DNA of 54,529 nt from Comamonadaceae bacterium (lineage in GTDB: Bacteria > Pseudomonadota > Gammaproteobacteria > Burkholderiales > Burkholderiaceae_C). This document shows, piece by piece, positions 19,794 to 29,073 of the stretch. A program made the translations under genes and the position numbers. The stretch spans positions 1 through 54,529 of the forward strand of contig CANFTU010000001.1 of assembly GCA_947450005.1 (NCBI GenBank). Reading direction: 5' to 3'. A model generated the notes under the pieces. That model was not told where the DNA came from. It did not search any database and worked only from the letters and a program-made list of their open reading frames with translations. Position 1 is the first letter of the stretch; each line of letters starts with the position of its first letter.

Positions 19794-19827
19794 AGTGTGC
19801 CAAATTCCCATGACAGTTGCGTGATGC
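19794..19827 (-). promoter_or_regulatory. Pho box (GCATCAC-GCAA-CTGTCAT, 19827-19810) and -10 box CACACT (19799-19794)
   Basis: One perfect CTGTCAT half-site, 11-bp repeat period, exactly 10 bp to the -10 box; lies upstream of an alkaline phosphatase. Confidence 0.75.
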
Positions 19828-19853
19828 CGCTTGGCGGCGGCCGGCGGACCCCT

Positions 19854-20633
19854 TTAGGCCAATATCACCTCGGTGGCGTCAAAGCAGGCCTCGAAGCTGA
19901 ACAGCATCGACGCAAAAAACGCCGCCGCCGTCACCAGCAAGGCAGGGAACAATGCGATGTTGACGGCCTCGTCGCTCCCCATCAGCATCCCGGCTAAGGC
20001 CACCAGCATGGCTACCGCCATGAAGACGCCGAACCAGACGATCGTGTACACCGTCAACGCCCAGATGTTGCGCCAGCAGGCAACCAGGCTGAAAAAAACA
20101 CTTTTCAGAGGGCTGATGGCGTGCCACTGGACCAGCGCGGGCGCATGCCAGAACATCATGGATGCAGGCAGGTAAATGCCCATGGCCAATAGCGCTGCGA
20201 GTTGGAACTCCGGGCTTTGCAGCGTGGCCGCGTCGATGTCACCGCCCAGCAGATACATGCGTGCAAACGTGCCGCCGTCGGCGCTGGCCGATACCACCAG
20301 CGCCAACAAAACCGCGCCCGCATACATCGCCCCCAATACGGCCATGTTGCGCGCATGCTGCGGCCCGGAACGGAATGCGCTGAGCAGCACGGTCGGCATC
20401 GGAAAGCGTCCCTGCGAGGCCTGGCGGCTGGCAACAAAAAAACCCAGTGTGACGGCGGGCATGAGCGTCAGACCGAGGATGTTGCCAATCCATGGAATGG
20501 CACTGAGGAGCGAAATCAAGGCCACAAAAATCAGAAACAGGCCGGTAAACGCCAAGGGTTGGCGGAAAAAAGTCCGCAGGCCCAGCTTGACCCAGGTTGC
20601 TCCCTCGCGGGCCGGGACGATGACGAGTTTCAT
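19854..20633 (-). CDS. BPSS1780-family membrane protein
   Basis: VPAREGATWVKLG N-terminus, WHAPALV, multiple TM segments; usual position downstream of thrB. Confidence 0.8.
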   Translation of the reverse strand: MKLVIVPAREGATWVKLGLRTFFRQPLAFTGLFLIFVALISLLSAIPWIGNILGLTLMPAVTLGFFVASRQASQGRFPMPTVLLSAFRSGPQHARNMAVLGAMYAGAVLLALVVSASADGGTFARMYLLGGDIDAATLQSPEFQLAALLAMGIYLPASMMFWHAPALVQWHAISPLKSVFFSLVACWRNIWALTVYTIVWFGVFMAVAMLVALAGMLMGSDEAVNIALFPALLVTAAAFFASMLFSFEACFDATEVILA

Positions 20634-20643
20634 AAGCGGGTCA

Positions 20644-21624
20644 TTACAGCGCGAGCTGTTCCATGGTGAGCGGGTGGGCTATGCGCTGGCGCAGTGCCGA
20701 TTCAAAGCGACCGGGGTCGTGGGCATGGAGCATAGAGGCTTGCCGCGGCAGGTGCCAGTCCCACAGGCGCGAAATCCAAAACCGCAGGGCTGCAGCGCGC
20801 AGCGCGTCGGGCAGCAGGCGGCGCTCGTGCGGGGTCAGCGGGCGTATCTGGTTGTAGGCGGCCAAAAAAGCCTGGCTGCGCGCCGGATCGGTGCTGGCGT
20901 CGGGGAAATGCACGCACCAGTCATTGACCGCAACGGCCACGTCGAACAACAGCGTGTCCACGCCGGCGAAATAAAAGTCAAAAAAACCGCTCAAGCGCGC
21001 CGCGCCGTCAGGCAGGGTTTCAAACATCACGTTGTCACGGAACAGGTCGGCGTGAATGGGGCCGCGCGGCAGCGCCGCCCAGTCGGCTTGCGTGGCCAGC
21101 GTGTTCTGGTGCGCGAGTTCGGCTTGCAGCAGGTCCGATTGCGCGGGGGTGGTGTGCGGCAGGACCAGGGGCACGGTGTCGTTCCACCACGCCAGGCCGC
21201 GCAAGTGCGCCTGCGCCATGTCAAAAGATTGTCCTGCCAGGTGCATGCGCGCCAGCGCTTCGCCGACCTGGGCGCAATGCGCCGGCCCGGGCTGCAATTC
21301 GAACGCGCCGCGCAGCCGGTTGACCACGGCGGCCGGTTTGCCATGCATGGGATGCACCAGGTTGCCCGCCGCGTCCGCGGTGGGGTCGGGCACGATGATG
21401 CCCGCGTGCGCCAGGTGCTTCATCAGCCGCAGGTAAAAGGGCAGCTGCTCAAAGTTCAGACGCTCAAACACCGTGAGCACGTATTCGCCCTGGTCGGTGG
21501 TTGCAAAGTAGTTGGTGTTTTCGATTCCGCTGGAGCAGCCTTCGAGTGCGGTGAGGCGGCCCAGCCGGAGCGCGGATAGGAGCGTGGCTGCCTGCGCAAA
21601 AGAAACTTCTGTGTAAACCGCCAT
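20644..21624 (-). CDS. thrB: Homoserine kinase (type II, APH fold)
   Basis: MAVYTEV, GIENTNY, IHADLFRDN, FDFYFAG, RFWISRL. Confidence 0.95.
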   Translation of the reverse strand: MAVYTEVSFAQAATLLSALRLGRLTALEGCSSGIENTNYFATTDQGEYVLTVFERLNFEQLPFYLRLMKHLAHAGIIVPDPTADAAGNLVHPMHGKPAAVVNRLRGAFELQPGPAHCAQVGEALARMHLAGQSFDMAQAHLRGLAWWNDTVPLVLPHTTPAQSDLLQAELAHQNTLATQADWAALPRGPIHADLFRDNVMFETLPDGAARLSGFFDFYFAGVDTLLFDVAVAVNDWCVHFPDASTDPARSQAFLAAYNQIRPLTPHERRLLPDALRAAALRFWISRLWDWHLPRQASMLHAHDPGRFESALRQRIAHPLTMEQLAL

Positions 21625-21708
21625 GGGATGAGCTTGAGGAAACGGGCAGAGGGGTGTTGGGACGCCAGCGCGGAATTGTAGGTGGCGGGGCACAGGCACA
21701 ATCTACGG

Positions 21709-24531
21709 ATGCTTGACGCCGCTCCTTCTTCCGCCAGTGCCCCTGAACCCGCCGCAGCCCCCGCAACACTGCTGCTGATCGACGGATCCAGCTATCTGTA
21801 TCGCGCATTTCACGCCATGCCGGACCTGCGTGCCGACCCGGCCGACCCCTCCAGCCCGCCCACCGGCGCCATACGCGGCTTTGTCAACATGATGCAGGCG
21901 CTGAAAAAAGAGGTCCCGGCGGCCTACGTGGCCTGTGTGTTTGACGCCAAAGGCCCGACCTTTCGAGACGCCATTTATCCGCAGTACAAGGCCAACCGCT
22001 CGCCCATGCCGGACGATTTGCGCGCCCAGATCCAGCCCATCCACGAACTCGCGCGCTTGCTGGGAATGAAAGTGCTGGACGTGCCGGGCGTGGAGGCCGA
22101 TGACGTCATCGGAACCCTGGCGCACCGCGCAGCCGCCCGGGGCTGGGATGTCGTGGTCAGCAGCGGCGATAAAGATCTGGCGCAACTGGTGACCGAGCGG
22201 ATCGTCATCATCGACACCATGAACGGCAAACGCCGTGACCGCGCCGGAGTAGAAGCGGAATTCGGCATTCCGCCGCACCTGATGCTGGACTACCAGAACC
22301 TGGTCGGCGATACCGTGGACAACGTGCCGGGTGTCGCCAAAGTCGGGCCGAAAACGGCGGTGAAATGGTTGCTGGAATACGGCAGCTTGCAAGCCGTTAT
22401 CGAGAACGCGGCCCAGATCAAAGGTGTGGTCGGTGACAACCTGCGCGCTGCGCTGGACTGGTTGCCAACGGCCCGCAGCCTGCTGACCATCAAAACCGAT
22501 TGCGATCTGACGGCGTATCTGCCGCAACTGCCCGGACTCGAAGATTTGGTGCGGTTGGCGCCCGATCAGACGGGCCTGCTGGACTTCTACACCCGTTACG
22601 GGTTCAAGGGCTTGGCCAAATCGGCGCAAGAGTCCGCTGCACCCGCCGCTTCCACGCCTGGGGCCGCGCAGCCCAGCTTGTTTGGCGATGCGCCCGCGCA
22701 AGCCATCCAACAATCGGAATCTGACCCCGATTATTCGTACCAGACGGTGCTGGATTGGGCGGGGTTTGATGGGTGGATGGCCAAGATCGACGCGGCGGCT
22801 TTGGTGGCGGTGGACACCGAGACCACGTCGCTGCATGAAATGCAGGCCCAGATCGTGGGGATCAGCTTGTGCGTCACCGCAGGTGAGGCGGCGTACATCC
22901 CCCTGGCCCACAGTTTTGCCGGCGCGCCCGAGCAACTGCCTTTGGCCGAAGTGCTGGCGCGCCTGAAGCCCTGGCTGGAGGATCCGGCGCGCGCCAAACT
23001 GGGGCAGCATGTCAAATACGACCGCCATGTTTTTGCCAACCATGGCATTGAAGTGCAGGGCTATCTGCACGACACCATGCTGCAAAGCTATGTGCTGGAA
23101 GTACACCAACCCCACAGCCTGGAAAGCCTGGCAGCGCGGCATTTGGGGCGCAAGGGCTTGAGCTTTGAAGATTTGTGCGGCAAAGGCGCTTCGCAAATTG
23201 GCTTTGACCAGGTGGAAATTGCCCGCGCCGCGCAATACGCCTGCGAAGACGCCGACATGACCCTGGCGGTTCACCAGCGCCTGTGGCCACTGCTGGAGGC
23301 CGATCCGCGTTTGCGTTATATCTATGAACTGGAAATCGCCAGCAGCGAAGCGCTGTACCGGGTGGAGCGCAATGGCGTGCTGATTGATGCCCCCACTTTG
23401 GCGGCCCAAAGCCATGCTTTAGGGGCCCGCATTCTGGAGCTGGAAACCGAGGCGCATGCCCTGGCCGGACAGCCGTTCAACTTGAGCAGCCCCAAACAAA
23501 TCGGCGAGATCTTTTTCACCAAGCTAGGGCTTCCGGTGGTCAAGAAAACCGCCACCGGCGCGCCCAGTACCGACGAAGAGGTGTTGGAGAAACTGGCCGA
23601 AGATTTCCCGTTGCCGGCCAAGATCCTCGAGCACCGGGGCCTCGCCAAGCTCAAAGGGACCTACACCGACAAACTGGCGCAGCTCGCCAACCCGCGTACG
23701 GGGCGGGTTCATACCCACTATGCGCAAGCGGTGGCGGTGACCGGGCGCCTGTCGAGCAACGACCCCAACTTGCAGAACATCCCGATCCGCACGCCCGAGG
23801 GGCGGCGCGTGCGCGAGGCATTTGTAGCGCCGCCGGGCAGCCTGATCGCCAGCGCCGATTACAGCCAGATCGAGCTGCGCATCATGGCCCACTTGAGTGG
23901 TGATGAAGCCTTGTTGCGAGCTTTCCACGAAGGTTTGGATGTGCACCGCGCAACGGCTGCCGAGGTCTTCGGCTTGGCGGTAGACCAGGTGAGTTCCGAG
24001 CAGCGCCGATATGCCAAGGTGATCAACTTCGGGCTGATTTATGGCATGAGCGCCTATGGCTTGGCGCGCAACCTCGGTATCGACAACACCGCAGCCAAAA
24101 ACTACATCGAGCGCTACTTCGCCCGCTTCGCCGGGGTCAAGCGCTATATGGATGACACCCGCGCGCAGGCCAAAGCCCAGGGCTACGTGGAAACCGTCTT
24201 TGGCCGCCGCTTGTATTTGCCGGAGATTCAATCTTCCAACGGCCAGCGCCGTGCCGGGGCCGAGCGCGCCGCCATCAACGCGCCCATGCAGGGCACCGCC
24301 GCCGACCTGATCAAACTGAGCATGGTCAAAATCCAGGAGGTTCTGGATGTGCAACAGCGCACCACCAAAATGATCATGCAGGTGCATGATGAACTGGTAT
24401 TTGAAGTGCCCCAGGCCGAGGTGGACTGGCTGAAAGTCGAAATTCCCCGCTTGATGGCGGGCGTCGCATCCCTCAAGGTACCGCTCTTGGCTGAGATGGG
24501 GGTGGGTCCGAATTGGGATCAGGCCCATTGA
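21709..24531 (+). CDS. polA: DNA polymerase I
   Basis: IDGSSYLYRAFHA, EADD, DTETT exonuclease motif, TGRLSS, ADYSQIELR, INFGLIYG, QVHDE. Confidence 0.98.
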   Translation: MLDAAPSSASAPEPAAAPATLLLIDGSSYLYRAFHAMPDLRADPADPSSPPTGAIRGFVNMMQALKKEVPAAYVACVFDAKGPTFRDAIYPQYKANRSPMPDDLRAQIQPIHELARLLGMKVLDVPGVEADDVIGTLAHRAAARGWDVVVSSGDKDLAQLVTERIVIIDTMNGKRRDRAGVEAEFGIPPHLMLDYQNLVGDTVDNVPGVAKVGPKTAVKWLLEYGSLQAVIENAAQIKGVVGDNLRAALDWLPTARSLLTIKTDCDLTAYLPQLPGLEDLVRLAPDQTGLLDFYTRYGFKGLAKSAQESAAPAASTPGAAQPSLFGDAPAQAIQQSESDPDYSYQTVLDWAGFDGWMAKIDAAALVAVDTETTSLHEMQAQIVGISLCVTAGEAAYIPLAHSFAGAPEQLPLAEVLARLKPWLEDPARAKLGQHVKYDRHVFANHGIEVQGYLHDTMLQSYVLEVHQPHSLESLAARHLGRKGLSFEDLCGKGASQIGFDQVEIARAAQYACEDADMTLAVHQRLWPLLEADPRLRYIYELEIASSEALYRVERNGVLIDAPTLAAQSHALGARILELETEAHALAGQPFNLSSPKQIGEIFFTKLGLPVVKKTATGAPSTDEEVLEKLAEDFPLPAKILEHRGLAKLKGTYTDKLAQLANPRTGRVHTHYAQAVAVTGRLSSNDPNLQNIPIRTPEGRRVREAFVAPPGSLIASADYSQIELRIMAHLSGDEALLRAFHEGLDVHRATAAEVFGLAVDQVSSEQRRYAKVINFGLIYGMSAYGLARNLGIDNTAAKNYIERYFARFAGVKRYMDDTRAQAKAQGYVETVFGRRLYLPEIQSSNGQRRAGAERAAINAPMQGTAADLIKLSMVKIQEVLDVQQRTTKMIMQVHDELVFEVPQAEVDWLKVEIPRLMAGVASLKVPLLAEMGVGPNWDQAH

Positions 24532-24649
24532 TGCGCCATGCCCCTGTGAGCGCCTGGGGTCCGACGCCTTTGTTTTAATGTCGTCCCCGATTGCCACCGG
24601 GACATCCGGCAGGCCCTTGAATCAAAAATGGAAGGAAAGCGTTGGAATC

Positions 24650-25543
24650 ATGGATACACATCTTGAAGGGGCTTTCGTGCCCGAATCCGCCGGCGCTCCG
24701 AACCGGCGCGAGGCGATGAAGCTGGCCGCCACCGTTGGCATGGGTCTGGGCTTTGCCGCCGCTGTGCTGCCGGTGCAGGCGCAATCGGTCATCCAAACGT
24801 CGGCCGAGGGTTTGCAAGCCGGTTGGGTCCATGTCGATGTGGCCGGCTTCGCGATGCGCGCGTACCGGGCCGCTCCGGTGGGGCGCAGCAACCTGCCGGT
24901 GGTGATGGTGGTGCCCGAGATATTCGGCGTGCATGAACACATCTGCGACGTCACCCGCCGTCTGGCGCACCGAGGTTATCTGGCGATTGCGCCGGACTTG
25001 ATGCAGCGCCAGGGCGACCCCTCCACCATCAGCGACGTGGCCAAAATCATTTCAGACGTCGTGTCCAAAGTGCCCGATGCCCAGGTGATGCAAGACCTGG
25101 ACGCCACTTTCGACTGGGCAATCCGCAACGGCGGCGACGTCAAGCGCGTGGCGATCACCGGCTTTTGCTGGGGTGGGCGCATCGTGTGGCTGTACACCGC
25201 GCGCCAGACGCGGCTGCGCGCAGCTGCGGCCTGGTATGGGCAGGTGAACGGCAAGCGCGGGCCGCTCACGCCCATGCAGCCGATTGATTGGATGCGTGAC
25301 CTGCACGCGCCAACACTGGGCTTGTACGGCGGTGCCGACACCGGCATCCCGGCCGAACATGTGCAGCTGATGCGCGATGCCTTGCAGTCCGGTTCCGAGG
25401 CCGCCCAGGAGAGCCTGATCCAGGTTTATCCCGACGTTCCCCACGCCTTTCATGCAGACTACCGCCCCAGTTACCGCAAAGAGGCTGCGCAGGATGCCTG
25501 GGCGCGTATGCTCGCCTGGTTCCGGCAACATGGAGCCGCTTGA
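24650..25543 (+). CDS. Dienelactone hydrolase family protein with Tat signal
   Basis: NRREAMK twin-Arg leader; EIFG, GFCWGG, HAFHADYRPSY. Confidence 0.9.
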   Translation: MDTHLEGAFVPESAGAPNRREAMKLAATVGMGLGFAAAVLPVQAQSVIQTSAEGLQAGWVHVDVAGFAMRAYRAAPVGRSNLPVVMVVPEIFGVHEHICDVTRRLAHRGYLAIAPDLMQRQGDPSTISDVAKIISDVVSKVPDAQVMQDLDATFDWAIRNGGDVKRVAITGFCWGGRIVWLYTARQTRLRAAAAWYGQVNGKRGPLTPMQPIDWMRDLHAPTLGLYGGADTGIPAEHVQLMRDALQSGSEAAQESLIQVYPDVPHAFHADYRPSYRKEAAQDAWARMLAWFRQHGAA

Positions 25544-25555
25544 AACGCGCTTTTT

Positions 25556-26392
25556 ATGACCCTGTTAGCGATTGTGTTGGGCACGCTGTGTGCCGGTATT
25601 GGTAGTGTCTGGTTGGCTGCAGCATTGAGCTTCGGCGTCCTGGCGCGCTACACCCAGCACATGCTCAGCCTGGCCGCCGGTGCGCTCCTGGCCACCGCGT
25701 TCATGCACCTGCTCCCCGAGGCCTTTGAGAGCGGCGCCGAGCCGCATGACCTGTTCCCTGTTTTGTTGGTGGGCTTGGTGTTTTTCTTTTTGCTGGACAA
25801 GGCTGAACTCTGGCACCACGGGCATGAGCATGGCGAATCGGGCCATCAACACGGCGCCCAACATCACGAGGACGATCACCACCACCAGGCGGCAGGCCAT
25901 GCCGGTCATGCGCACGGCGACCACCAGCACGGACCGGTCACCGGCAGTTGGGCGGTCCTGGCCGGCGACAGCGTGCACTGTTTTGGCGACGGCGTGCTGA
26001 TCGCGTCGGCTTTTATCGCTGACCTGCGCTTAGGTGCCATCGCGGCCCTGGCGGTGCTGGCCCATGAAGTGCCGCACCACATGGGCGATTTGATGGTTTT
26101 GCGCGCCGGGGCTTCCAACAAAAGGGTGGCGCTTGTGAAAGTGTCATTGGCCGGTGCAGTGACCACGCTGGGTGGCCTGCTGGGTTTCTGGCTGGTGGCC
26201 CAGCTGGAAGATGCCTTGCCGTATTTTTTGGTCGTGGCCTCGGCTAGCTTTATGTATGTCGCGCTGGCGGACTTGATTCCACAGTTGCAAAAACGCCTGA
26301 GCGCAGCGCAGACGGCGGCCCAAATCGCCTGGCTGCTCGCCGGTGTCGGCTTGGTCACGGCCGTCAGCGCATTGGCGCACGGCGGGCATTGA
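25556..26392 (+). CDS. ZIP family metal transporter with His-rich loop
   Basis: HLLPEA, H-rich loop, DSVHCFGDG, AHEVPHHMGD. Confidence 0.92.
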   Translation: MTLLAIVLGTLCAGIGSVWLAAALSFGVLARYTQHMLSLAAGALLATAFMHLLPEAFESGAEPHDLFPVLLVGLVFFFLLDKAELWHHGHEHGESGHQHGAQHHEDDHHHQAAGHAGHAHGDHQHGPVTGSWAVLAGDSVHCFGDGVLIASAFIADLRLGAIAALAVLAHEVPHHMGDLMVLRAGASNKRVALVKVSLAGAVTTLGGLLGFWLVAQLEDALPYFLVVASASFMYVALADLIPQLQKRLSAAQTAAQIAWLLAGVGLVTAVSALAHGGH

Positions 26393-26406
26393 TCGGAACT
26401 TCTCCC

Positions 26407-27816
26407 ATGGCTGTGTTGTTACGTCCATTGTTGGTGGCCGCCTGCGCGGTGGCCCTGGCCGCTTGTAGCGTGACAACACCCCCTGCGACCGTGACCGCGC
26501 CAGCCCCGGTGGATTGGAACGCTCCGCTGCCGCACGGGGGCAGCCTCACCGATTTGCGTGCCTGGTGGCAGGCCCAGAACGATCCCATATTGGTGGCCTT
26601 GATTGACGACGCGCAGGCCTTGAGTCCGACCGTTGCCGCCGCCCTGAGCCGGGTCGAGACGGCCCGTGCCAACGAAGTGACCGCGCAAGCCGCTTTGTTG
26701 CCCGGTGTCAGCGCCAGTCTGTCGTCCGGGCGTTCGGTGTCTCTGCCCTCCACCCCGGCTGCGACCAGCACGGCGGTGACCGTGCAGACCAGTTGGGAGA
26801 TTGATGTGTTTGGCGCGGCGCGCATTGCCCGTGCGGCCATGGCAGGTCAAACCCAAGGCAGCCAGGCCCAGTGGCATGACGCGCGGGTTTCGGTGGCGGC
26901 CGAAGTCGCCAGTACCTATTACGCGCTGGCGCATTGCTGGAAGGCACGCGACGTGGCCCAGCAAGACCTGGCTTCGCGCCAGCGCAGCCGCGACATCAGC
27001 GCGCGCAGCCTGCAGGCCGGGATGCTCGCCCCCGCAGCGTTCGCCCAGCTGCAGGCGGACGTGGCGCAAAGCCAGTTGCGTCTGATTCAGCAAACCAGCC
27101 AATGTGATCTGTACACCAAGGCCCTGGTGGCGCTCACCGGAGAAGACGAGGCTTTGGTGCGCAACGTGATGCGCGACCTGGTGCTTCCAGACGATCTGGC
27201 GGGATTTTCGGTCACCCGGATACCCGCGCAGGCGCTGGTGCAGCGGCCCGATGTCTTCGCGGCCGAACATGATGTGGCGCTGGCCAGTGCCCAGATCGGC
27301 CGCGCCAAGGCCCGCCGCTGGCCCGGGCTGAGCCTGGGCGGCTCGATTGGCGCGCTGCGCTACGGAACAGCGGGCGTGGATGCCGACATCACCACTTGGT
27401 CTTTCGGCCCCTTGGCGCTCACGCTGCCGGTCTTTGATGCCGGTCAGCGCGCTGCGATGGTCGACGCGGCAAGCGCCGACTACGTTGCCGCGGTTGCCAC
27501 CTACCGCGCCAAAGTGCGCCAAGCGGTGCGTGAAGTTGAAGAGGCGCTGGTCACACTGGACAGCACCTTGCAGCGCGCAACGGACACCCGCGCCGTGCGT
27601 GACGCACGACTTCAAAACCTGGCTGCTGCGCAGGACCGCGAGCGCAACGGCCTGGCCAGCGCCCTGGAGGTCGAGGAAGCCCGCCGGGCTGTTCTGGCGG
27701 CGCAGTCGGATGCGCTGGCGCTGCAACTGGAACGCAAACGTGCCTGGGTCGCGCTGTACCGCGCCGCGGGCGGTGGCTGGGAGCGTCCCGCGACCGAAGC
27801 CGCACCCACGCCATGA
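26407..27816 (+). CDS. RND efflux outer-membrane lipoprotein (NodT/OprM family)
   Basis: Lipobox LAAC, SWEIDVFG, QRPDV, LPVFDAG, LYRAAGGGW. Confidence 0.9.
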   Translation: MAVLLRPLLVAACAVALAACSVTTPPATVTAPAPVDWNAPLPHGGSLTDLRAWWQAQNDPILVALIDDAQALSPTVAAALSRVETARANEVTAQAALLPGVSASLSSGRSVSLPSTPAATSTAVTVQTSWEIDVFGAARIARAAMAGQTQGSQAQWHDARVSVAAEVASTYYALAHCWKARDVAQQDLASRQRSRDISARSLQAGMLAPAAFAQLQADVAQSQLRLIQQTSQCDLYTKALVALTGEDEALVRNVMRDLVLPDDLAGFSVTRIPAQALVQRPDVFAAEHDVALASAQIGRAKARRWPGLSLGGSIGALRYGTAGVDADITTWSFGPLALTLPVFDAGQRAAMVDAASADYVAAVATYRAKVRQAVREVEEALVTLDSTLQRATDTRAVRDARLQNLAAAQDRERNGLASALEVEEARRAVLAAQSDALALQLERKRAWVALYRAAGGGWERPATEAAPTP

Positions 27817-29063
27817 CGCCTTTTGATGAAAGCCCTGAGATGCCATTTTTTCGCCGTTTGTCCCTGAAGTTCTGCGCCCTGGCTGCCGTGTTGCTGGTGG
27901 CGCTGGCGGGTGCGGGCTTTTATGCTTTGCGCCCCGGCAGCGGTGCCAAGTCACCGGGTGCGGACGCGTCCCGCCCGGCGGCGGCGGCTGCGCCCGCCGC
28001 AGGCGCGCCGGGTGCGGCGGGCAGCGGCACCGCCAAAGCGGCTCTGACGGTAAGCACGGTACTGGTCAAGCCGGTGAATCTGGCAATGAATTTTTCTGCC
28101 AACGGTGGCGTGTTTGCGTGGCAGGAAGCCGGTGTGGGCGCCGAAGTGCAGGGCCTGCGGGTGAACGATGTGCGGGTCGATGTCGGCCAGTCGGTGCAGC
28201 GCGGGCAGGTGCTGGCTACATTTGCAGCCGACGGCGTGCTGGCGGACATCGCCGTGGCACGGGCGGGTGTGGCCGAGGCGCAGGCCAATGCCTTGGAGGC
28301 GCAAGCCAATGCCGATCGCGCCCGCAGCCTGCAAAACAGCGGCGCTTTGAGCAACCAGCAAATCCAGCAGATGTTGACGGTCGAGCAATCGGCACGGGCC
28401 CGGCTCGAGTCCGCCAAAGCCGCGCTGGATGCCCAACAGGTGCGCCTGCGACACACCCAGGTTTTGGCCCCCGACAGCGGAACCATCGTGCAGCGCAACA
28501 TCGCGGTAGGCGCCGTGGCGGGCCCCGGCGATTTGTTCCGCTTGATCCGCCAGGGTCGGCTGGAGTGGCGTGCCGAGGTGACCTCCGGCGAACTGGCCCG
28601 CGTCCAGCCGGGCTCCGAGGTGCAGGTGACCGCCCCCGGCGGTGCCGTGGCGCGGGGCCGGGTACGCATGATCGGCCCGACGGTGGACGCGCAAACCCGT
28701 GCCGGCCTGGTGTACGTGGACTTGCTTGGCATGCGCGAAGGCGAGAAAGTGGCGCTGGGCGCGGCTTTCAAGCCCGGCATGTTTGCCAAGGGCGATTTTG
28801 TGTTTGGTAATTCCAGCGCCCTGACTATTCCGCAGCAGGCGGTGGTGGTGCGCGATGGCTTCAGCTACTGTTTTGTAGTGGGTACGGACAGCCGCGTTGC
28901 GCAGCGCAAGATCAGCGTGGGCCGGCGCAGCAGCGCCCAGGACGGCGGCGTGGTGGAGGTCCTCAGCGGCCTGGAGCCCGGCGCGCAGGTAGTGGCCGGT
29001 GGCGCGGGCTTTTTGAATGACGGTGATCTGGTTAAAGTGGTGCAAGCCGCTGCAGCCCCGTGA
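27813..29063 (+). CDS. RND efflux periplasmic adaptor (MFP)
   Basis: N-terminal TM, VDVGQSVQRGQVL, APDSG, KPGMF, GLEPGAQVV. Confidence 0.9.
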   Translation: MTPFDESPEMPFFRRLSLKFCALAAVLLVALAGAGFYALRPGSGAKSPGADASRPAAAAAPAAGAPGAAGSGTAKAALTVSTVLVKPVNLAMNFSANGGVFAWQEAGVGAEVQGLRVNDVRVDVGQSVQRGQVLATFAADGVLADIAVARAGVAEAQANALEAQANADRARSLQNSGALSNQQIQQMLTVEQSARARLESAKAALDAQQVRLRHTQVLAPDSGTIVQRNIAVGAVAGPGDLFRLIRQGRLEWRAEVTSGELARVQPGSEVQVTAPGGAVARGRVRMIGPTVDAQTRAGLVYVDLLGMREGEKVALGAAFKPGMFAKGDFVFGNSSALTIPQQAVVVRDGFSYCFVVGTDSRVAQRKISVGRRSSAQDGGVVEVLSGLEPGAQVVAGGAGFLNDGDLVKVVQAAAAP

Positions 29064-29073
29064 AGGTTCTGGC

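Noticed and set aside
25810-25935. CAC/CAT-rich repetitive DNA
   Set aside because: Encodes the His-rich loop of the ZIP transporter
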